Origin: an uncultured delta proteobacterium
GTDB lineage: Bacteria; Desulfobacterota; Syntrophia; Syntrophales; UBA2185
Assembly: GCA_963729715.1 (NCBI GenBank)
Contig: CAVSPA010000010.1
Coordinates: 160,001 to 224,000, forward strand
DNA length: 64,000 nucleotides
Direction of reading: 5' to 3'
Part shown: one piece after another, positions 53,557 to 64,000 of the stretch
How positions within the stretch are numbered: the first letter of the stretch is position 1
Layout of the letters: each line of letters begins with the position of its first letter
Position numbers and translations under genes: made by a program
Notes under the pieces: model-generated
The model's database searches: none
Told to the model about the DNA's origin: nothing
Seen by the model: only the letters and a program-made list of their open reading frames with translations

Positions 53557-54822
53557 ATGAAGAAAGAAAGCAAAACAAAATATCAGCTTCTCAACGAATT
53601 GTTCGAGCTGAGCCAGCGGGTCGCAGAGTTCGAAAGATTGGAGGCTGAACACAAACTCGCAGATGAGATATTATCTGAAAGTGAAATACGATACCGCCGG
53701 ATGGTAGATGCAGTCACCCCTTATACCTATTCGGTTGAGGTCAAAGAAGGACGGGCTGTCAGAACAAGGCATAGCGCAGGTTGCCTGGCTGTCACCGGCT
53801 ATGGTCAGCAAGATTATGAACATGACACGAACCTCTGGTACTCTATGATACATCCTGACGATCGAAAGCTCGTGGAAAATGCGGTTAGCAGGATTATGGA
53901 TGGTGATGATGTTTTGCCCATTGAGCACCGCTTGGTGCGCCATGATGGCGTGGTTGTCTGGGTGCGCAACACGATGGTTCCTTATCGTGGTGAAAATGGT
54001 CAATTGCTTCGGTATGACGGTTTGATAGAGAACATTACCGAGCGCAAGAAAATGGAAGAAGAAATTCTCAAAGCAAAAAAACTGGAATCCGTGGGCACTC
54101 TTGCGGGCGGCATAGCTCACGATTTCAACAACTTGTTGCAGGCTATCTTGGGCAGCATCACTCTTGCTAAGATGCACTCTGACCCTAGTGATAAAATTCA
54201 TAAGTTTTTGGACACGGCGGAGAAGGTATCAATACGTGCGAGCGATATAACAAAGCAATTGATCACCTTTGCTCAGGGCGGGGCGCCGGTAAAGAGAACA
54301 ATGTACATAGGGGAGTTTATAAAGAATACTGTGCTCTTCTTTCTCGGCGGTTCCAATGTGACTACCAAGCTTCATATAGAACCTGACTTAACTCCCGTTG
54401 ATGTCGATGAGGGTCAGATGAGACAGGTGATTCACAGCATGGTCAGCAATGCCACGGAAGCAATGCCTGGCGGAGGCATACTCACGATTATCGCGGGAAA
54501 TGTTGATGTCGTTGTGACGGACGAGCTTCCCTTAGGCGAGGGGAAATACGCAAAAGTGACGTTGTCCGATTGCGGCACCGGCATACCTGGAGAAAATATT
54601 TCAAGGATATTTGATCCCTTCTTCACGACAAAAGAAATGGGGTCTCAAAAAGGAACAGGACTGGGGCTTGCCATATCTTATTCCATCGTCAAGAACCATA
54701 ATGGTCTAATAACGGTAGAATCTGAGGTAGGTGTCGGAACAACTTTTCATATCTACCTTCCTGCTTCGAAGAAAGATATCGCCACGAAAGAGCCTGCGGA
54801 GGATGAGCCTCCTGCATGTTAG
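53557..54822 (+). CDS. Cytoplasmic PAS-domain sensor histidine kinase
   Basis: IHPDD PAS/PAC, GGIAHDFNNLL H-box, DPFFTTK, GTGLGL. Confidence 0.93.
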   Translation: MKKESKTKYQLLNELFELSQRVAEFERLEAEHKLADEILSESEIRYRRMVDAVTPYTYSVEVKEGRAVRTRHSAGCLAVTGYGQQDYEHDTNLWYSMIHPDDRKLVENAVSRIMDGDDVLPIEHRLVRHDGVVVWVRNTMVPYRGENGQLLRYDGLIENITERKKMEEEILKAKKLESVGTLAGGIAHDFNNLLQAILGSITLAKMHSDPSDKIHKFLDTAEKVSIRASDITKQLITFAQGGAPVKRTMYIGEFIKNTVLFFLGGSNVTTKLHIEPDLTPVDVDEGQMRQVIHSMVSNATEAMPGGGILTIIAGNVDVVVTDELPLGEGKYAKVTLSDCGTGIPGENISRIFDPFFTTKEMGSQKGTGLGLAISYSIVKNHNGLITVESEVGVGTTFHIYLPASKKDIATKEPAEDEPPAC

Positions 54823-55102
54823 GGGGGGCGTTTGCCGGTCGCTCAGAAACATGTGTGTCTTCTTCAATATTACCCGATTGACTGAATGAAGAACAGCAAG
54901 GGCAGTTGCGAATATACCTGTGAGTAGGCTGTACTTCGTAAAGGCGGGTTCAGGCGCCTGATGTTAAGACCATGCGGTGTTGAACAAATGTTTGCGAAGA
55001 GCTGAGTACAACGAGGGGGAATTCCTGAAGCGTTACAACTGATGCAGATGAGCTTATTTTTCAAACCGTGTGCAAAGGGAAAAGAGCCCATTGCCCTTTT
55101 GG

Positions 55103-55498
55103 TTACGTGAAGTTATTTTCGTACTTCGTGCTGCCGAAAATTACCAGACGCAACATCTTAAGGAGAGCAGTGCCTTTGAAAGGCTTGGCGAGAAAATATT
55201 GACCACCGACAATATTATTCCGGGGGAGCTCACTTGACTTAACGGCGCCTGTAAGGAAAATGATGGGAATCTGATCGGTGCCCGGATCTTCTTTCATTTC
55301 TGCGGCTACGCTGGACCCGTCTATATCGGGCATCACTATATCCAGTATGACAGCATCAGGTTTCAATAATTTAGACTTTTCCAGGCCTTCCTCTCCAGAA
55401 TACGCCGTATAAACCTCGTAATCATTTGCCTTGAGCCAAGATTCCACAATATTAACAATATCGTGATTATCGTCGACAACCAGTATCCTATTTCCCAT
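55103..55498 (-). CDS. Single-domain response regulator
   Basis: ILVVDD, ILDIVMP, IFLTG, KPF. Confidence 0.92.
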   Translation of the reverse strand: MGNRILVVDDNHDIVNIVESWLKANDYEVYTAYSGEEGLEKSKLLKPDAVILDIVMPDIDGSSVAAEMKEDPGTDQIPIIFLTGAVKSSELPRNNIVGGQYFLAKPFKGTALLKMLRLVIFGSTKYENNFT

Positions 55499-55675
55499 TG
55501 CGCCACCTAAATGTTCGTGCCTATGATTTTGGAACTCAAAGGCAGTGTGACAACAGCCTTGATGTAAGAGTGTATATTTCCGCCTATACTTCCATTTATT
55601 TTTTTAGGCCGAGCCGCGATCTACACGTATAACAGATGATAGAACTCATCCAGTGCGGTTTTCCGAACCGATAAG

Positions 55676-56023
55676 TTAATACACGCTTTCGGCAGACACT
55701 GGGGTACTTTCAAATGCGACCGGCGCCCGCAGCTTTGTTATGTGGTAATCCTCATTCAAATTGATAGTCATGCCAGACAGATCGGATTTTGCAACCGTTC
55801 CCGTAACATTTATGAGAATTGTTCTGCCCGGCTTTCCCGGTCTTGTAAAATTGAGAATGATATCCAGGCTTACCTGCAAATTCTCGGGAAGAGGTGCATC
55901 AGTATGGAAAAATACTTCTCTTGCCGAAATACTTGCAGTCCGAAGAAAGAAACTCCGCGCCTCATTTTCTGAGATAAACTCAATTCTGGCGGGAACTTCG
56001 ATGTCGTACCTCTCAAATTTCAT
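55676..56023 (-). CDS. PilZ-like domain protein (degenerate motifs)
   Basis: FERYDIEVPA, RTASISAREVFF, VTGTVAK; AGGA RBS and sigma54 promoter upstream. Confidence 0.7.
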   Translation of the reverse strand: MKFERYDIEVPARIEFISENEARSFFLRTASISAREVFFHTDAPLPENLQVSLDIILNFTRPGKPGRTILINVTGTVAKSDLSGMTINLNEDYHITKLRAPVAFESTPVSAESVY

Positions 56024-56116
56024 GGTCAAATTCGCCCCCGTCCTTTCCTAAGAATTAAATTATTTTTTCATGCCGGTCATCACCAATGCCCGTGACCTGT
56101 GCCTATAAGAAAGGCA

Positions 56117-56132
56117 AGCAGGAAGTATGCCA
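56117..56132 (-). promoter_or_regulatory. Sigma-54 (-24/-12) promoter
   Basis: Minus strand TGGCATACTTCCTGCT = GG-N10-GC. Confidence 0.65.
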
Positions 56133-56587
56133 CCGATACTACAAAATAACTGCAAATAATTTCATATACATATCACTGGAGACCATGAGGCATGGGAAAG
56201 AAATCCCATTTTTTGATGAGGCATGGCAAAAAATTGCCGCATCGAGTGAAGCCGCAGGCATACGGGACACTCACAGGAAAGTAGCGATCTTCCATCAGAG
56301 GTGGTTTATTCGAGGACCTCCTTACGTTAATCGGGGGAAATCCTAACCTTCATTAATTCATCTTCATCTGTCTCAAGACTCTACCGGTAATACGCACAGT
56401 GCATGTGTCATCATTTCTGCGACTCTATTTTTGAAATGACTACCTTTTCCGCATCTGAGACCACATGGATCTTCCGGCGGTGAGGCATGCATGAAAGCCG
56501 CCATTTCTCTGTTGCAGGAACGGAGAAAGTCTGCCTATTATGGCCGCGCAATTTCTTGCGGAAATGTATTGTGGAAGAGGTGTTTTA

Positions 56588-58591
56588 TTGAATCAGTTCC
56601 GGATCGTTACCGAATTCGAGCCGAAGGGTGACCAGATAAAGGCCATATCGAAGCTTGTCGATGATATTGAGCAGGGGGCTCAACATCAGGTGCTACTCGG
56701 CGTCACGGGTTCGGGCAAGACATTCACCATAGCAAATGTCATTCTTGCGGTTCAGAGGCCTGCCTTGGTGATTGTACACAACAAGACTCTGGCGGCCCAA
56801 CTCTACGGCGAATTCAAGACGCTGTTTCCTCAAAACGCCGTGGAATACTTTGTGAGCTACTACGATTATTATCAGCCTGAAGCCTATATACCGAGCACGG
56901 ACACGTATATCGAAAAGGATTCTTCAATCAACGAGGAGATCGATAAGCTGCGACATTCTGCGACCCATTCCCTCTTGGAACGCAGCGACGTCATCATTGT
57001 TGCCAGCGTTTCCTGCATTTACGGTCTGGGATCACCTGAAGCCTATCATGGCATGCTGCTCTTCTTGGAACAGGGCGCGGAGCTTCCAAGGGACGAGATG
57101 TTAAGAAGGCTCGTTGAGATTCAGTATGAGCGCAATGACATAGACTTTCATCGTGGAACATTCCGGGTGCGCGGGGATGTGGTCGAGATATTTCCGGCGT
57201 ATGAAGAAGAAAAGGCAATACGGGTCGAGTTCTTTGGAGATGTTATCGAGTCCATTTCCCTTGTTGATCCCCTCCGGGGAAGAAAATTAAATCCCGTGCA
57301 GAAGATATCCGTCTATCCGGGCAGTCACTACGTGACGACGAGAGACAATATGAAAAGGGCCATAACCGCAATCAGGCAAGAACTCGAGGAGAGGCTCGGG
57401 GAACTCCGCACACAGAATAAACTCCTTGAGGCGCAGAGGCTTGAACAGCGCACAAAGTTTGATATCGAGATGATGGAGGAGATGGGCTACTGCCAGGGCA
57501 TCGAGAATTATTCCCGTCATCTCACGGGGAGAAGGCGGGGAGAACCTCCTCCCACTCTCATGGAATATCTGCCGGAGAATGCCCTTGTCGTCATCGATGA
57601 GAGTCATGCCACCATCCCGCAGCTTATCGGCATGTACCGGGGTGATAGAGCACGCAAGGAGACCCTCGTCAATTACGGTTTCCGTCTTCCTTCTGCCCTC
57701 GATAACCGGCCGTTGATGTTTGCAGAATACGAGGGCTTCGGGAATCAGAGGATATACGTATCGGCGACGCCTGCCCTGTATGAACTCAAGAAGGCCAAGG
57801 GGCGGGTTGTTGAGCAAATCATACGGCCCACAGGGCTCGCGGATCCGGAAATAATTGTGAAGCCCGTAATCCATCAGGTGGATGATCTCCTTTTCGAGAT
57901 CCGTGAAAGGGTGAAAAAAGGCGAGCGCGTCTTGGTGACCACGCTCACCAAGAGGATGGCGGAAAATCTCGCGGCCTACTACCAGACTTTGGGAGTCAAG
58001 GTGAAGTATCTTCATTCAGATATTCATACCCTCGAGCGGGTAAGCATCATCCGTGACCTGCGTCTCGGCGAATTTGATGTCCTGGTCGGGGTTAATCTCC
58101 TCAGGGAGGGCCTTGATATACCGGAGGTATCTCTGGTTGCCATTCTCGATGCCGACAAGGAGGGGTTTCTTCGCTCCGAGCGGTCCCTGATGCAGACGAG
58201 CGGAAGGGCGGCGAGAAATTTATCGGGACAGGTGATAATGTATGCCGATAAAATTACTGAATCGATCAAAGCTTGTCTTAATGAAACGAAAAGGCGCAGA
58301 ATAACCCAGATACGCTATAACGAGGAAAACAACATCACTCCCGAGTCCATCAAGAAAGGCATCAACGATATACTTGCTTCCATCTATGAAGCGGATTATA
58401 TTACCGTCCCTGTTGCATTGAAAGAAAGCGAAGTCATTGCCTCGGAAGAAGAGCTGCCCATTATGATAAGGAGATTGAAAGAAGAAATGAAAGAGGCCGC
58501 AAGAAATCTTGAATTTGAAAGGGCCGCGGGGCTCCGCGATAAGATTAGGGAGCTGACGAGTATATTACTGGAAATGGGAGAAGAGGTCTGA
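56588..58591 (+). CDS. uvrB: Excinuclease ABC subunit B
   Basis: [37 protein letters not shown] start after GAGG. Confidence 0.98.
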   Translation: MNQFRIVTEFEPKGDQIKAISKLVDDIEQGAQHQVLLGVTGSGKTFTIANVILAVQRPALVIVHNKTLAAQLYGEFKTLFPQNAVEYFVSYYDYYQPEAYIPSTDTYIEKDSSINEEIDKLRHSATHSLLERSDVIIVASVSCIYGLGSPEAYHGMLLFLEQGAELPRDEMLRRLVEIQYERNDIDFHRGTFRVRGDVVEIFPAYEEEKAIRVEFFGDVIESISLVDPLRGRKLNPVQKISVYPGSHYVTTRDNMKRAITAIRQELEERLGELRTQNKLLEAQRLEQRTKFDIEMMEEMGYCQGIENYSRHLTGRRRGEPPPTLMEYLPENALVVIDESHATIPQLIGMYRGDRARKETLVNYGFRLPSALDNRPLMFAEYEGFGNQRIYVSATPALYELKKAKGRVVEQIIRPTGLADPEIIVKPVIHQVDDLLFEIRERVKKGERVLVTTLTKRMAENLAAYYQTLGVKVKYLHSDIHTLERVSIIRDLRLGEFDVLVGVNLLREGLDIPEVSLVAILDADKEGFLRSERSLMQTSGRAARNLSGQVIMYADKITESIKACLNETKRRRITQIRYNEENNITPESIKKGINDILASIYEADYITVPVALKESEVIASEEELPIMIRRLKEEMKEAARNLEFERAAGLRDKIRELTSILLEMGEEV

Positions 58592-58601
58592 TTTTGTGTT
58601 T

Positions 58602-60290
58602 ATGAAAAAGATCATCTCCGCAATAACGTTGCTGACTGTTTTTACGCTCCTTGCGCTTTCAGATATCTCACATGCTGAGACCCTCTCGGAGCAGGTGTGC
58701 GCTCATATTGGCATTAGCATCGGGGGGGCGGAACCGTCAGCGAAAGTCGCGTATCCTACGGGATTACAGTCCCCTTCACCGCTGCTCTTTCAATTCTATA
58801 AGGGGCGCGGGTTTTGGCCCGCCTGGAGCGATGATTTCGGTCCCTCTCCGGATGTGGAGGATTTTCTGGAAGTGATCCGCTCTTCTTACCGCGAAGGATT
58901 AAATCCCGAAGATTATCATCTCAATAAAATCGAAGCCGTGCTATCCGATTTATATGCAAGTCAAATTGGATTGGAACCTTATGATGTGGCAAGACTTGCC
59001 GGTCTTGATCTGATATTGACGCAAGCTTTTCTCCTTTATGCGTCCCACATGGTTGCTGGACGTGTAGATCACGAAAATATTTATCCTGATTGGGTTGTGA
59101 ACGAGAAATCTGTTGATCTGGTGGCAGTCCTTAACGAAGCACTTGACTCGAAGGAGATGCAGAAGACGCTCGCGAATCTGGCGCCCCCTTATCCACGATA
59201 CGCCAAGTTGAAAGAAAAATTGATAAAGTATCAGACCATTGCCGAAAGTGAAGGATGGCCTCGAGTTCCGGGTGGACCGAAGTTACGAAGGGGATCGCGA
59301 GGCAATCGGGTAGCCATACTGAGGCAGAGACTCACTATCTCGGGCGACCTCGCTTCGACGGTACGGGGAAAACCCGACATCTTTGACGGCGATCTGGAGT
59401 CGGCGGTACGAAAGTTTCAAAAAAGACATGGTCTGAAAGATGACGGGAGAGTCGGCAACTCGACGTTGAAAGATATAAACGTCCCCGTCGAAACACGGAT
59501 ACGCCAAATAGCCCTGAACATGGATCGCCTGCGCTGGCTTTCTGATGACATGGGGCGGAATTATATTTTCGTTAATATCGCTGATTTCTCTTTGGAGGTA
59601 ATAGAAGATGAACATCCTGTGATGGCGATGCGTATCATAGCGGGGAAAGATGAGCAGCGGAGCTGTGTCCTGAGCGCCAAGATGACGTACCTGGAGTTGA
59701 ACCCGTTCTGGAGGGTGCCGGACAGTATCGCAACCAAAGAGATATTGCCTCAAATAAAGAAAGAACCTGGTTACCTCGCGCAAAAAAACATAAAAGTATT
59801 TAAGGATTGGAAGGACAATGCAAAGGAAATAGATCCGAGGCTGATCAACTGGTCACGTGTCAGGGTGAGTAACCTCGGCTATAAATTCCGTCAGGAGCCC
59901 GGCCCCTTAAATCCCTTAGGGAGGATAAAATTCATTTTCCCAAACGAGTGCGAAATATACCTTCATGATACACCCGCGCGTCACCTCTTTGGGCGGACCC
60001 GCAGGGATCTCAGCCACGGTTGCATCCGCGTGGAAAAGCCCGTTGAACTGGCGACCTATCTCCTGAGGAACAAGGAAACATGGATACAAAAGAAGATATT
60101 GGCGGAAATCAAGAAAGGGAAACGACAGGTCGTGATGCTTCCCGAACCTGTGAACGTGCATATTTTCTACGGGACTGTGTGGGTGGACCGTGACGGAGTG
60201 CTGCAATTCCGCAATGACATTTATCATGCCGATGAAATACCATATGCCCCGCCTCTTAGGAGAGGACATGTCACCGGTACGATACAGTGA
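58602..60290 (+). CDS. L,D-transpeptidase (YcbB/LdtD-like) with peptidoglycan-binding domain
   Basis: Signal peptide; FQKRHGLKDDG, GRIKFIFPN, YLHDTP, SHGCIRV. Confidence 0.92.
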   Translation: MKKIISAITLLTVFTLLALSDISHAETLSEQVCAHIGISIGGAEPSAKVAYPTGLQSPSPLLFQFYKGRGFWPAWSDDFGPSPDVEDFLEVIRSSYREGLNPEDYHLNKIEAVLSDLYASQIGLEPYDVARLAGLDLILTQAFLLYASHMVAGRVDHENIYPDWVVNEKSVDLVAVLNEALDSKEMQKTLANLAPPYPRYAKLKEKLIKYQTIAESEGWPRVPGGPKLRRGSRGNRVAILRQRLTISGDLASTVRGKPDIFDGDLESAVRKFQKRHGLKDDGRVGNSTLKDINVPVETRIRQIALNMDRLRWLSDDMGRNYIFVNIADFSLEVIEDEHPVMAMRIIAGKDEQRSCVLSAKMTYLELNPFWRVPDSIATKEILPQIKKEPGYLAQKNIKVFKDWKDNAKEIDPRLINWSRVRVSNLGYKFRQEPGPLNPLGRIKFIFPNECEIYLHDTPARHLFGRTRRDLSHGCIRVEKPVELATYLLRNKETWIQKKILAEIKKGKRQVVMLPEPVNVHIFYGTVWVDRDGVLQFRNDIYHADEIPYAPPLRRGHVTGTIQ

Positions 60291-60508
60291 CCTGTGCAGA
60301 GAAGATTTTTCCACAACTCTCATTCCAACCACGGCTATGCTGAACTCAGGCAAGATACTGGAATCTGTTGTATTGACTGCTGTCGATAGGGAGACCTTCT
60401 ACGCATTTCATCATTCTGGCATGCAAGGAAAGTAATCATGCAAAGCATACGCTCAAAGCGTGTGTTTCTTGTGAAGACATTCTGTAACTATCAATGTGGT
60501 GAAATTAA

Positions 60509-62335
60509 ATGACTGATCAATTAATCGTCAGGTTGAAGAATGCACCCACATCACCAGGCGTCTACCTCATGAAAGACAAGGATGACAAAGTCATATATGT
60601 GGGTAAGGCCGGCAATTTGAAAAACCGCATCAGGAACTATCTCGGCAGGACGGACGGTAGGTCCATGGTTTCCTTCCTCATCGCGAAGGTCCGCGATGTA
60701 GAATTTATATTAACAGATACAGAAAAGGAGGCCCTCATCCTCGAGAACAACCTGATTAAGGAGCACAGGCCTCGCTATAACGTCAATTTCAGGGATGACA
60801 AAACTTACTACAATATACGGATGGATCTGGCCGTTCTCTTCCCGCGCTTCCAACTCGTCAGACGCCCGAGAAAAGATGGCGCTCGCTATTTCGGACCGTA
60901 CCCGTCGAGTGCTGCGGCAAAAGAGACGCTCCGTTTTATCCAAACCATATTCCGTCTCCGGACGTGCACAGACCGGGAAGTGATATCCAGAAAAAGACCT
61001 TGTATTGAATACCAGATCAAGAGATGTTTCGCTCCCTGTGCCGGACTCATCGATAGAGCATCTTATGAAGGATTGGTAAATGACAGCATGGCGTTTATGG
61101 AAGGCCGAGAGAAAAAGCTGGTGGCCGATCTTAGTGTACGCATGGATACTGCCTCTGCACACCTGCGCTTTGAAGAGGCGGCGGTCCTGAGAGACACGAT
61201 TGCCGCCGTCGAAGAAACTCTGGAGAAACAGACGGCAGTCTCCAGATTCTTGATGGATCGTGATGTATTTGGTCTGCATGGCAAAGGCAACCTGACACAA
61301 ATATGCATACTGTATGTAAGAAAAGGGAAGATTATCGGGAAAAAGCAATTTCCCCTATTCAGGATTGGAAGCCCTTCTTTTGAAATACTGTCTTCTCTTT
61401 TGAAACAATACTATGACGGCGGTGCTTATATCCCCGACGAAATAATCATTCCTCTTGATATAGAGGATCGAGCAGTTACGGCGGAATGGCTCTCGGAAAA
61501 GAAAGGGAAGAAGGTATCAGTAGCGGCGCCGAAAAGAGGCCATGGGATGGAACTGCTCAAGATAGCGGCAAACAACGCGGGAAGCATATTCGAAATGGAA
61601 AAACATAGAACCCCCGTGGAAGAAGTACTGAGTATACTTGCGAGAGAGCTCATGTTGAAAAATATACCGCACCGGATAGAGTGCTTCGACATTTCCAATA
61701 TTGGCGGCAAGTACGCGGTGGGGTCAATGGTCACCTTCGTTGATGAAAAGGCATGGAAGTCAGGATACAGGCGCTTCAGGATCAAGACCGTTCATGGGGC
61801 CGATGATTATGCCATGATGTACGAAATCCTAAACAGGAGATATCGGGGGAAAGTCAATCTTCCGGATCTTATCCTTGTGGATGGAGGAAAAGGACAATTG
61901 GGCGTAGCTGTTGCAGTCCTGAAAGATTTAAATATAGAAGGCGTTGATGTTGTTGCTCTGGCCAAGGAACTCAGGCAGAGCCATACCGATAGAAGCGAGG
62001 ATCGAGCTTTCATCGTAGGAAAGAAGGATCCTGTGTACGTTTCAAAATGGCCTGAAGCGCTTTTCCTGCTTCAGAGGGTGAGAGATGAGGCGCACAGATT
62101 TGCCGTTGCTTATCACCGGAAGTTGAAAGGGAAGGGGGATTTCCACTCTCTGCTGGATGACATTGGGGGCATCGGCACAGCGAAGAAGAAGGCGCTGCTT
62201 AGACTCTTCGGTGATGTTGGCAGGATCAGAAATGCGTCTCTACAAGAACTGCAAGGGGTCCAGGGCATCGGCAGGAAGACTGCCGCAAATATCTATGCCT
62301 TTCTTAACGGGCATGGACGAGCGAGTGATTTATGA
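60509..62335 (+). CDS. uvrC: Excinuclease ABC subunit C
   Basis: PGVYLM...YVGKA, ECFDISN, DGGKGQ, RDEAHRFA, HhH. Confidence 0.98.
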   Translation: MTDQLIVRLKNAPTSPGVYLMKDKDDKVIYVGKAGNLKNRIRNYLGRTDGRSMVSFLIAKVRDVEFILTDTEKEALILENNLIKEHRPRYNVNFRDDKTYYNIRMDLAVLFPRFQLVRRPRKDGARYFGPYPSSAAAKETLRFIQTIFRLRTCTDREVISRKRPCIEYQIKRCFAPCAGLIDRASYEGLVNDSMAFMEGREKKLVADLSVRMDTASAHLRFEEAAVLRDTIAAVEETLEKQTAVSRFLMDRDVFGLHGKGNLTQICILYVRKGKIIGKKQFPLFRIGSPSFEILSSLLKQYYDGGAYIPDEIIIPLDIEDRAVTAEWLSEKKGKKVSVAAPKRGHGMELLKIAANNAGSIFEMEKHRTPVEEVLSILARELMLKNIPHRIECFDISNIGGKYAVGSMVTFVDEKAWKSGYRRFRIKTVHGADDYAMMYEILNRRYRGKVNLPDLILVDGGKGQLGVAVAVLKDLNIEGVDVVALAKELRQSHTDRSEDRAFIVGKKDPVYVSKWPEALFLLQRVRDEAHRFAVAYHRKLKGKGDFHSLLDDIGGIGTAKKKALLRLFGDVGRIRNASLQELQGVQGIGRKTAANIYAFLNGHGRASDL

Positions 62336-62889
62336 GTTTCCCGGCTATCTTGATCATTGCCATAGGCTTGGGAATGGATGCCTTCTCAGTGGCTGTCGGT
62401 GTGGGAGCAGGCCTCAGGGCAGTATCATGGGGAGCAGTCTTTCGGCTTTCCTCTTGCTTCGGATTATTCCAGTTTCTTATGCCTGTGGCGGGTTGGTTTG
62501 CCGGGGTGTCAGTAGCGAATATCATAGCAGGGTACGGTCACTGGATTGCTTTTGGGCTTCTTCTTCTTGTGGGTGGAAAAATAATCATTGAGTCATTTAC
62601 CGGGGAAGCAAGGGTCCACGCTACGGATCCAACAAAAGGGCTGACCGTCACAATACTCTCCGTGGCGACGAGTATCGATGCCCTTGCCGTCGGCTTCGGC
62701 TTAGCTCTCTTGCAGATACCTGTATTCTATCCCAGCATTGTTATCGGCGTAGTTACCTTCCTCATGACTATGTGCGGCATATTATTCGGAGGGAAACTGG
62801 GAGTGATTTTCGGCAAAAGAGTGGGAGCGATTGGCGGTCTCCTTCTTATAGGCATCGGTGTGAAAATAATAATGGGGCACATGGCATAA
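62332..62889 (+). CDS. mntP: Manganese efflux pump MntP
   Basis: LGMDAFSV, FQFLMP, ATSIDALAVG. Confidence 0.9.
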   Translation: MSFPAILIIAIGLGMDAFSVAVGVGAGLRAVSWGAVFRLSSCFGLFQFLMPVAGWFAGVSVANIIAGYGHWIAFGLLLLVGGKIIIESFTGEARVHATDPTKGLTVTILSVATSIDALAVGFGLALLQIPVFYPSIVIGVVTFLMTMCGILFGGKLGVIFGKRVGAIGGLLLIGIGVKIIMGHMA

Positions 62890-62902
62890 CGATAAGGGGG
62901 TT

Positions 62903-63466
62903 TTGATCATTATGGAGCCCATGTATTATACTTCGACGTCCACAGCGCTTGGCGACGTGGGAATTGCCTGGAGACGCAAAGACTACGTTGCAACCATCGT
63001 GAGGATATTTCTTCCTGCTCATGACGAGCGGCTTGATGATCTTATCCGGCGCTCCTTTCCGGGAGCGACCCGGCAGTCTCACACAATGACGAAGCAGCTA
63101 TGCAGGAGCATCCAGGGCCTGGCAGAAGGGCGAGATGTTACATGTTCTGAGAACATTCTTGATATGAAAATCTGCGGTGAATTTCAGAGAAGGGTACTAA
63201 GTCAGGTGGTGCGGATTTCACGGGGAAGGGTCAGCACTTATGGGCGGATTGCAGAAAAAAGCAAGGCTTCAAGAGGCGCACGAGCGGTGGGGAATGCCCT
63301 TGCGATGAATCCTTATCCTCTCCTGATACCATGTCACCGTGTGATTCGCTCCGATGGTTCTCTGGGCGGTTTCGGGGGCGGGTTGAAGATGAAAAAAGAC
63401 CTCCTTGTTATAGAGGGCATCATATTTGATGCAAAGGGACGGGTTCTCGAGAAATTTCTTTATTGA
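62903..63466 (+). CDS. ogt: Methylated-DNA--protein-cysteine methyltransferase
   Basis: ARAVGNA, IPCHRVI, LGGFGGG. Confidence 0.92.
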   Translation: MIIMEPMYYTSTSTALGDVGIAWRRKDYVATIVRIFLPAHDERLDDLIRRSFPGATRQSHTMTKQLCRSIQGLAEGRDVTCSENILDMKICGEFQRRVLSQVVRISRGRVSTYGRIAEKSKASRGARAVGNALAMNPYPLLIPCHRVIRSDGSLGGFGGGLKMKKDLLVIEGIIFDAKGRVLEKFLY

Positions 63467-63481
63467 ACATCCATGATGGCG

Positions 63482-64000
63482 TCAGATGTGAGTCTGTGGT
63501 TTTCGGGCTTCTCTTATTATAACGAGGTTATCACGGTGGATAATCTCGTCGTAATCTTTGTAACCTAAGACCTGTTCGATCTTGGTTGTCTTCAGTCCCA
63601 TGATTTTTCTCACTTCAGAGGAGCTGTAATTAACCAGCCCCTTTGCAAGAGTTTCTCCTCTCATGTCGACGCAGGTAATCGGGTCACCTACGGAGAAATC
63701 ACCTTCAATATTGGCAACGCCTGAGGGCAGCAGGCTTTTTCCTTCCTTAATCAGGGCATCCCTTGCCCCGTCATCGAGAATCAGTTTACCGCGTGACTTA
63801 AGCGTAAACGCTATCCAATGCTTTCTGCTGCGCAGGCGGTCGTTCGTGGGCAAAAAAAGCGTTCCTATGTCTTTGCCTGCGAATATATCATGTAGTACGC
63901 CCTTCCTCTTGCCCGGCGCTATAATGCATGGAAGTCCGGAAGAAGTTACCGCCTTTGCGGCAATCACCTTGCTCTTCATGCCGCCTAATCCGACAGATGT
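63482..64000 (-). CDS. proB: Glutamate 5-kinase, C-terminal part with PUA domain (5' truncated by window)
   Basis: GGMKSKV, GTLF, SLLPSG, EIIHRDNL. Confidence 0.95.
   Translation of the reverse strand, partial: TSVGLGGMKSKVIAAKAVTSSGLPCIIAPGKRKGVLHDIFAGKDIGTLFLPTNDRLRSRKHWIAFTLKSRGKLILDDGARDALIKEGKSLLPSGVANIEGDFSVGDPITCVDMRGETLAKGLVNYSSSEVRKIMGLKTTKIEQVLGYKDYDEIIHRDNLVIIREARKPQTHI

Noticed and set aside
1..64000. CRISPR arrays, transposases, prophage, rRNA
   Set aside because: No repeat-spacer periodicity or hallmark genes seen; nearly all of the sequence is explained by housekeeping genes

Overview
Mostly core-genome DNA from an anaerobic Desulfobacterota-type (deltaproteobacterial, probably Syntrophales-like) bacterium. 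This assignment is inferred from gene order and protein style. Housekeeping blocks are argS-SPOR-ffh-rpsP-khpA-rimM-trmD-rplS-rnhB-yraN; tRNA-Val-thrS-infC-rpmI-rplT-pheS-pheT-ihfA-merR; ptsH-ptsI-plsB; atpZ-atpI-atpB (no atpE); priA/dksA/rfaE2/comF/rsfS; rpmH-rnpA-yidD-yidC-jag-mnmE; and uvrB-LDT-uvrC-mntP-ogt, with proB at the right edge. I saw no prophage, transposase or CRISPR array. The main observations are: (1) a selenoprotein missed by the ORF track (C_GCAxxG_C_C family, in-frame UGA at the first conserved Cys, followed by a SECIS-like hairpin); (2) a second in-frame UGA in the next gene, a class I glutamine amidotransferase; (3) a tight five-gene sirtuin-GNAT-NRDE/TANGO2-Nudix-HDAC cluster that may be a protein (de)acylation system; (4) a +1 frameshifted ugd; (5) several structured intergenic elements, including a ~90-nt hairpin behind a TATAAT box; (6) an AUA-start infC and an rpmH missed by the track, with an atypical N-terminus. 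All calls are by eye; no database searches were run.
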